A stretch of DNA of 64,000 nucleotides, taken from the NCBI GenBank assembly GCA_004764695.1, contig SMSO01000006.1, positions 759,859 to 823,858 of the forward strand. The letters run 5' to 3'. Shown in pieces: positions 56,588 to 64,000 of the stretch (the stretch's first letter is position 1; each line of letters opens with the position of its first letter). This stretch comes from Schizochytrium sp. TIO01. Lineage: Eukaryota; Protista; Bigyra: Labyrinthulomycetes. A model generated the notes under the pieces. The model was given only the letters and a program-made list of their open reading frames with translations. It was not told the DNA's origin and made no database searches. A program made the translations under genes and the position numbers.

Positions 56588-57389
56588 CTTTCTCTCGTGA
56601 AAACTACTTCGAGCTCCAAAACTTAAATCCTTTTACAAGCAAGGTACCTACTACCCAGACACGTTATGATTTGGCTCCGCTGCAAGTTCTGGGGGCCAAG
56701 CTTCGCGAACTCGTCCAAACACTTCTTCTTTACCCTACTAGGTCTCACTCAACCTATCTTACAAGGCTAGCTTTTCTGCCGCCGTCAAATAAGCTCAAAA
56801 GACTGCGCTCAGTCTGCAACTTCGATGAGGACTGGGTCTCGAGTTCCTTTTCTGCAAGGGACCAAGAGCTCTCCTTCGTCGGTTGACGATTTGCTTTCGC
56901 CTTCGTTTACTTCTATCTCTTTTTCACGCTACCAACTCTTAGCAATTATCTTAGTGACTCCACTATTGTTTTGCATAACGTGGTAATTTACGTCATTAGA
57001 TCAATAGTTTTGAACGGTAAACAGAAAAATACTACTACCACTACTACTACTATCACTACTATCACTACTACTACTATAGTAGCTACTAATCTCGCTAGGT
57101 ACCATACCTACATAGGTGAGTGAGTGCCTACCGGCTGATCGTAATGGAAATGAAATGAATTAAATCGAATCGAGATGAAGTGAAGCTCAATGCTGGCAAG
57201 CTTTGAGAAGCTGAAGAACTCGTCTGCGTGGCTTCAGTTGTTGCCTCTCTTGTGTCATTTCAATTCTTCTGACATCCCTCAAACAAAGGACAATACTTAC
57301 TCCACAGCAACCCAAGTTGTCTCGTTTGTTGCTAGGTTACTCCTATCCAGTGACAGGAGTCTTCATGGATACGAGGTACCTAGGTAGCT

Positions 57390-57950
57390 AGTCAGAAGAG
57401 TGCAGCGGAGACAGCTTGCCCTTGCCACGGAGCTGCTTGACGGCGAAGGGCTGCACGCAGATAGCTTTTGCCTGGTCTTTCTCCAAGGCGGATCTTCTCC
57501 CATTTGCTTTCCATTCAGCATCAGGTTCGCTTTCTGATAGGATCTCTTGGTGGTCGCTCTATGACTGCCAGAAGGAAGCCGAGAGACCTCTGTTGGCCCC
57601 ACCTCCTGCGGAATTGACTCAGTTTCCACCTCATGATGAGTGGCCATTCCAATCCATAGACCCTGGCGTGCTCCATTCGCACTCCATCTTTTGGTACCAA
57701 CCTGAATGCGCAATGTTCCTGTGTGGCAAATAAAAAAGTTCTCAATTAGTCCAACTAGCTGTATGCAATTCCATTCAGAGCTATCGCCAAATCCATTCAT
57801 GGAGTTCTACTTCAGCTTGCCCTGAGCTTTTATGATACTTCCAGGGAGTGAGTGGCTCATCAATCGCCTGGGTTATGCTTTTCTTCTTCTTCTTGACCAG
57901 AAGTTGCGGCGCTGTTACGGACGAGGTATGGCTCTTCTTTTTGGGTGGTA
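57390..57950 (-). pseudogene. Decayed coding-like fragment
   Basis: Protein-like stretches (SDHQEILSESEPDAEWKANGRRSALEKDQAKAICVQPFAVKQLRGKGK) broken by stops and frameshifts. Confidence 0.35.
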
Positions 57951-58585
57951 ATGGACCAAATCTGCTTTACTTCAGTAAGTAAACTTTGCAAAATAGCTAT
58001 TGATATCCTAGTTTACTTGAGGGCTATTCTCTACTTGCGGAAGGCACTCAAAGAGTGGAGTAGTACTAGGCGATACTATGGAAGATCAGTATGGGGTTGT
58101 CTAACAGGTATCTAGGGACTAATAGGCCCTCAGTTACGTAAAGTAAGCAAATGAATCATTCATTGTTTGTTTGACCTTCTGGCAGTCCCTAGCGAGGAGT
58201 TTAAACTTCAATCGACTCCTCTGGCGCGAAGGTCGTGCTCCCGTGGGGTGACCGAGCACGACAGGACGTGCTGGGTAGCTGCCGCCACTCAAGGTTCTCA
58301 GTGAGGAGAGGGCTTCGCGCGCAGATTAGAGAAAGACCGTTGTTGACCTGTCCAAGCCTTCGAAGTCTCTAGTCTGAGGTGGACGTAGCTACGTCTTGCC
58401 TCAAACAAACCCCAAGGCTTTGAAAGGCAACGTAGAATTAAGGTCTGTGCAAAGTCTATCAGACAAGGTTCCATTTCAAAAAAGTAGCTCTCGTCAGGTC
58501 TCCACAGCTGCTCGAAGAACTTTATACTAACGGTTAGAGCAAGAACTAGCTTGACATTTAAGATCCTGCATCCCAAGTCACCATA

Positions 58586-60196
58586 ATGGGTAAAACGCAA
58601 GCTACAAGCTTTCGCGACAGGATCACTTGGCTTCATCTTCTGGTCGGAATTGCTCTGTGGACAGTCTTTATTTTTCAGTACCATGCGCTGGCTCACCCTG
58701 AGGATGCTCAGTCAAACGTGGCGCAGGCCGGTTCTGTTGCGGGAGAGGTCAGTAGCAGCGAAGGTAATCTCCGCAAGGAAAATTTGCCCGATGACTTTGC
58801 AGACGCCCCGCTCTCGGTGCTGACCCCTGAGGCCAAAACCTCTCGCGAGGTTGCTGAGTTCCAGTTGGCGTCGCAGACCTCACTCGCTGCTCTACAGAGT
58901 AAACTCTACTACTGGAACCTCGACCCTCTTTATAATAGTGGCATTGGTAGACTCCCAGCAGCTCCTGGCGATCGTTACGTTCTTTTTCTCACGGATTGCG
59001 GAGGCTTTAACAATATTCGCATGGCCTTTGAGTACTTCGTGCTTATGGCGTGGCTGACTCGACGAACTTTGGTTTTACCTCCCCCTGCAGGATGGTATCT
59101 GATTGACTTCGGCCCGATGAAACGTATGCAACGCGACTCTCACGAGCGCTCATACACAGAGTACAAAGAGTTTTTTGACATGGAGCATTTGCAGGCGGCA
59201 GTTCCTGTGATCTCTGCGGAAGAGTTTGTGCGTCGCGAGGGCGACATTCTGGATCTCCCAGCAAGCCTCAAGGAGGCAGACTTCAAGACGCATGATGGCG
59301 AGCGAGCATGGAAATCTTGGTTAAAAAGCGAAGATCCTGAGTTTCGCAAGAGCTTAGGATGGAGCCCCCTCTCCAAGGTTATTATGTTTCCGTCTATTGC
59401 ATCTGTGGAAGCTCAATTTCCCGGCGGTCCGCCGCGCGATTTCATTCATCATCGTGAGATGGTAGAGCTTACGCCAGAAATATACTCTGCACCCATAGTG
59501 AGCTTCCCAAGCTGCAAAGATAATGGCGACTTTCGCTATCTGGTTCAGGTCAACACCTTCGCTGCTTTTGCAGACGAGGCCCTTAGCCGAAGCTACAAAC
59601 GTATGTTGCGCGACAATATTCACTACCGAGCTTTGGTCTTTGATATCGCTGCCCGGGTTATCCGAGAGCTTGGGCCGTTCAAGTTTTCTGCTTTGCACAT
59701 TCGTCGGAACGATCTTCAATATAAGGAGGTCTTCTTGAGCGGGCAGGAAACACTTGAAAATGTTCGTCCCCTTCTCAAAACTGGTGAAAAACTCTACATT
59801 GCTACAGATGAGACAGATTCGGAATTTTTCAGACCGTTCTCGCAGGATTTTGAGGTTTATCAATGGAAAGACTTTTTCGGACCGCGTGGTAATTATGCCC
59901 TGCGTGGCGTAGATATTCCACGCAAGCTTGAGGGATGCGTTGAACAGGTCATTTGCGCGCTTGGACGCGTGTTTGCTGGCACTTTAGAATCCACATTCTC
60001 ATCTTATATCTTCCGTCTGCGTGGATACTACCATGCTCCCAACACTGAGGTTTACTTTCACACTCTTAAATACTCTGGCAATGTTATGCGGGACCGCGCA
60101 AGGACCTACTCGCGCAAGCCCCTCAAGGGTCAGATTTACAAATCCGAGCATCCGTCAATCTGGGAGGATGCTGAATTGCCGCATACAACATGGTAA
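58586..60196 (+). CDS. GDP-fucose O-fucosyltransferase family protein (POFUT2-like), type II membrane protein
   Basis: N-terminal TM; GGFNNIRMAFE, RTLVLPP, ALHIRRND, LYIATDE, EQVICA..FAGTLESTFS. Confidence 0.9.
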   Translation: MGKTQATSFRDRITWLHLLVGIALWTVFIFQYHALAHPEDAQSNVAQAGSVAGEVSSSEGNLRKENLPDDFADAPLSVLTPEAKTSREVAEFQLASQTSLAALQSKLYYWNLDPLYNSGIGRLPAAPGDRYVLFLTDCGGFNNIRMAFEYFVLMAWLTRRTLVLPPPAGWYLIDFGPMKRMQRDSHERSYTEYKEFFDMEHLQAAVPVISAEEFVRREGDILDLPASLKEADFKTHDGERAWKSWLKSEDPEFRKSLGWSPLSKVIMFPSIASVEAQFPGGPPRDFIHHREMVELTPEIYSAPIVSFPSCKDNGDFRYLVQVNTFAAFADEALSRSYKRMLRDNIHYRALVFDIAARVIRELGPFKFSALHIRRNDLQYKEVFLSGQETLENVRPLLKTGEKLYIATDETDSEFFRPFSQDFEVYQWKDFFGPRGNYALRGVDIPRKLEGCVEQVICALGRVFAGTLESTFSSYIFRLRGYYHAPNTEVYFHTLKYSGNVMRDRARTYSRKPLKGQIYKSEHPSIWEDAELPHTTW

Positions 60197-60744
60197 AAAA
60201 GATGAAATCCATGGTGATTGTCTTGAAATATTTGATCTTGGAAACAAACAGTTGTTCCTAAAGAATAGTGTTCAAAAGTCCTGGTGTTAGTGATTGAATG
60301 CGCAAACTCTTTTCTAAATCTCTCTCGGTCTTCACTCTATGAGCAGCTTTTCAATGTTTAGCGTGCTTAGCTGCAGGAAATTTAAAAGTATAAATTAATC
60401 ATCGATTAAAGCAAACTATTCAACAACTTAGACTTCTCTTCTAGCCTCTAGTTCTGCCATGCTTTAACCGATAACTGAAATAATGAGCTGATCAACAAAT
60501 CAAATTAAAACAAACAAAAGGAGCACTTCACGGTGATGAAGGCTGAAAACGTCAAGTAACTAATTGAAGAAACTATGGGAAATTGGTGCCAAAATCAAAT
60601 GCTCTTGGATATTTTAATCTGTCGCCCAAGCTTCCAAACCTACCTGTTCTCAAGAAAGACGCCAGAGAAAAGATTATTTAAGTATTTGGTCAGAAACTTT
60701 GGTTGTGCCTTTGCTTCTCTGGAGGAAGCAAAACCAACATTTTA

Positions 60745-61668
60745 CTACTTTTTATGCGAGTAAAGGGTGTGCTGAATGAGGTCCTTGGCCTTGTTTTCCT
60801 TCATGAGATTTAAGCCAACCTTTTCAATATCGCGGATGTATGACGCAAGCACCTGGCCGACCATAGGGTTCACAAGAGCACCAAAAAGCACACCATTCAG
60901 GGTAGACTGGCAAATAAGGGTCACCTTTGTGCGTTTTCCACCATCGATAGGTTCCAGCTTATATGCCCAGTAGTTCGTGAGTGCACGCACGCTTGAAGGT
61001 CTCCAGCAGCGGCCTCTGCTCGGGAAGAAGTGCGGAACTTCATCAGGTACCGAGACGGCAACTTGCCAGATCGTGCCATCGCTATCCTCGCGCCAGCCGG
61101 TGAGGTCCATTCCATCCCGCCACGCAAAAGGCATAAGTGTGTACATATCAATGGGATCTTGACGATTGAAAGGAAGACCTGGAGCAGCGACCCAAAAGCT
61201 CAGTCGGGTTTTATCTTCTTTGCCAAACCTGTGAAAGATGTTAACGTATCGCATTGTCTTGTCCTCACTGATGAGCGTCTTCACATCTAAAGCAAGTGCC
61301 GTGATAAGTTCAGCACTGATATCAACTTCACCACTGAGACGAAAGTAACCGTTTCCATTGCCCTGGTGCGTGAGGCCAGAATGCATTTCGTACACGACGC
61401 TATCGACGATGCCCATGGGTTCGAACCCAGGACAATCCACATCACAATATTTGCGAGCATGCTCAGTCATCCAGTCGAGGTGGCCCTCAGCAGTGTCACG
61501 ACCTCCATCCCATCGCGTAAAGATAGCATCGTCCATTAACTTCGGCGAGACCTTCCGAAGAAGTGGCGCTACGCCTGTGCCAGGAGCAGTCTCCTCGAAG
61601 TAAGCATCGTAGCCCATTTGGCAACAGACATCGTTAGACCCGTTGAGGGGCTGGCTCTCAGCGCTCAT
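60745..61668 (-). CDS. START/SRPBCC lipid-binding domain protein
   Basis: PFAWRDG..L, VAVSV, VRALTNYWAYKLEPIDGGKRTKVTLICQSTLNG. Confidence 0.75.
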   Translation of the reverse strand: MSAESQPLNGSNDVCCQMGYDAYFEETAPGTGVAPLLRKVSPKLMDDAIFTRWDGGRDTAEGHLDWMTEHARKYCDVDCPGFEPMGIVDSVVYEMHSGLTHQGNGNGYFRLSGEVDISAELITALALDVKTLISEDKTMRYVNIFHRFGKEDKTRLSFWVAAPGLPFNRQDPIDMYTLMPFAWRDGMDLTGWREDSDGTIWQVAVSVPDEVPHFFPSRGRCWRPSSVRALTNYWAYKLEPIDGGKRTKVTLICQSTLNGVLFGALVNPMVGQVLASYIRDIEKVGLNLMKENKAKDLIQHTLYSHKK

Positions 61669-63183
61669 GGTTGCCTTCGCTTAGGAGTGTCAGAATGTTG
61701 ACTGAAAATGATGTGCAGCGGATAAAGTTTTTGCACCGCCGAAATTAGAATTGGTGATTTATACTCCACTTGGAGTTTGCTGATGTAGACCTCAATGAAT
61801 CTCCTAAGTGGTACTTAGACGATCGCTTAGGACTCTGCACCTGCAATCCGTGCAATGCACACCGTGACTCCAATGAAATTTGTGATGCCATGCCCTCAGC
61901 AAGAATTGAACTGTTGTACATAATCGCAGAACTGCATGGCAACTTTATGCCAACTTTATGCCAACAGTGACCATTTCGTGGCGTCTAGAGCTCAATTTCT
62001 GCAAAAATGATACCGATATCTGGTCTTGGTCTTAAAAACTAGAATACTTCAAGAGTACTCGCTGCGGGACTTGCTACCGCATAGAAAGAGGAACCCAAAG
62101 CAAAACCTGTTTTTGGTACGAAACCATCAAAAGCACCAAGGCAAGTCTCTCTGATTCTTATCTATGGTCTTCATTGAAAATGAATAATTATAATGCATGG
62201 CAATGCTTCTACGATAATCTTGAATGTCATCTTCACGCAAAATATTAACCATCCTATTGTGGGCAGTAGGTACGTAGCCTGCTTAACATCTCCTACTATG
62301 CCTCTATAGTACTACAAACGATATAGCATACTATCCTTAGATCATTGTTAGCCCCAAGTTTTCCCCTTGTTCTTTTTTAATGACAGGAACATGTTTTAAT
62401 TGAAAGAACAGTCCCGTTCTTGTGTGGACATTTGCCTCTCAGAGCGAAGCTTCGATTCCGTAATACAGATATTAGACGATCAGATAGGGATCCTAATGAA
62501 AAGGGAAACGCAAGGAGATAATAAGGAAGAATATAGGAAAAGATGGAATGAACAACTAAGAATATCTCAACAGCATAATAAGTTTGTTATGAAAAACTAA
62601 CATCCCTTCTCCGCTCTTCCTTCCTCGCTCGTTCTTCATCCGCACGCCAAACCTCGAGCGGTGCGACTTTGAAGCGGTCGCCAGAATTCTCCAGCCCGAC
62701 AGCTTGGCTTTGGCGGGCGTGCCTCGAAGCTAGGTTTGCACTCAGCACGTGGCAGCTTGAGTCTGTGGCGTGGCAACGGCGAAGATCAAGATTCATTGAG
62801 AGAGGTGGCAGCGAAGCCTCCGAAGCTCGTCAACGTTGAGGATCTTTAGGCTTACTAGATTGTGGTTTAGGTCAGGCAAGTCGAGTTTATTGTCTCTTGA
62901 AGTTTGCTCGAGCTTTCATTAGTAGTAAGGTTGTAGACTTCGTGTGCAGAAGAAGCTCGAACGTTGAAGATCGAGAATTAGCCATTTCTTGATTTCTTTA
63001 CTACATTGCTGCTAAAGGTTGCCGACCGCGAACCTTTATTCCTTTTATTCTTTTTTCTTGATACTAAATCCTTGTTCTCTTTGAGCGACTTTGGTGTGGA
63101 GTTTTCTACTCTGCGTCGCGAAATCTAGGTTTTGAATTGGATTTGCAGCATCTGTTTTGACGTTTAGTAAACCCCTTTCCAAG

Positions 63184-64000
63184 ATGCCCATCGACCCATT
63201 TGCGGAGAAAAAGGATGACGAAACCGGTCCTGACTCGTATGTTCTAGACAAGGAAAAGAAGAAAAAGGACTTCACCGATGAGAGCCGAGTGGAGATTCCC
63301 GAGGCTACTGACATGGCTCGCGATGGCGACCTTGAAGGGGCCCTCGCTCGTCTCCTTGCACTGGAGAAGCGAGCTCGTCTCGGAGGCGACATTCGCACTG
63401 TGAGCGAGACTGCTCTGGTAATCGTGAAGCTGTGCTACGAATTGAAGCATTGGGAAGAGCTGAATGCGAACATTACTCTCTTGTGCAAGCGGCGCGGACA
63501 GTTCAAGCAAACTCAGGTAAAAATTATCCAGGAGGCCGCGGAGCAGGTAACCAAGATCAATGATAAAGGCACGAAGCTTCAGCTTATCGAAACCCTCCGC
63601 GCAGTAAGTGAGGGTAAGATCTATGTCGAGGCAGAACGTGCTCGTCTGACTATGGAGCTGAGTCGCATGAAAGAGGCAGAGGGCGATGTTTCCAGTGCTG
63701 CAGATATCCTGCAGGAGGAGCAGGTTGAGACGTATGGCGCCATGAACAAGCGGGAAAAGCTTGACTACCTTCTTGAACAAGTTCGACTCTGTCTTGATAA
63801 GAAAGATTTTGTCCGTGCCCTGATTATCGCCAAAAAGGTGAATCGAAAGACCATTGAGGAGGGCGATCTAGAGGACATCAAAGTCCGCTTTTATAAATTG
63901 CTCATTCGATACTACTCACATGAAAAGGATCCTCTAGAACTGGCACGCGCTCATCTTGCTATTTTTCGTACGCCTGGTATTCAGGAACACTCTGAAGACT
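63184..64000 (+). CDS. RPN5: 26S proteasome lid subunit RPN5/PSMD12 (3' truncated by window edge)
   Basis: Own translation: LLALEKRARLGGD, LCKRRGQFKQ, EGKIYVEAERARLT, LQEEQVETYGAMNKREK, LEQVRLCL. Confidence 0.95.
   Translation, partial: MPIDPFAEKKDDETGPDSYVLDKEKKKKDFTDESRVEIPEATDMARDGDLEGALARLLALEKRARLGGDIRTVSETALVIVKLCYELKHWEELNANITLLCKRRGQFKQTQVKIIQEAAEQVTKINDKGTKLQLIETLRAVSEGKIYVEAERARLTMELSRMKEAEGDVSSAADILQEEQVETYGAMNKREKLDYLLEQVRLCLDKKDFVRALIIAKKVNRKTIEEGDLEDIKVRFYKLLIRYYSHEKDPLELARAHLAIFRTPGIQEHSED

Overview
Gene-dense, intron-poor eukaryotic nuclear DNA with canonical GT-AG introns of about 70-480 nt and microsatellite-rich spacers. Composition, codon bias and flagellar genes suggest a flagellated protist, probably a thraustochytrid-like stramenopile (inference only). 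About 20 protein-coding genes can be supported. Recognisable ones are a mitochondrial carnitine/acylcarnitine carrier, an ANK-LisH/CTLH-WD40 fusion, a chalcone-isomerase-fold membrane protein, a WW/FF protein, a BIVM-like papain-fold protein, a frameshifted TTC16, an ANK-SAM protein, a 2xRRM protein, golgin-84, CFAP298, an O-fucosyltransferase, a START protein and RPN5 (partial). No rRNA, credible tRNA, CRISPR array or intact transposon was seen. The most notable non-routine signals are: (1) a 167-bp, ~93% identical inverted copy of part of the ankyrin gene 15 kb away, set among intergenic DNA full of decayed coding fragments; (2) recurring intergenic TAGGTAC/CTAGTAC motif clusters; (3) two convergent genes whose coding ends overlap; (4) two frame switches inside otherwise intact genes. 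All family assignments come from motif recognition, not database searches. I cannot demonstrate a new biological system here; the best lead is gene-fragment capture into intergenic DNA.
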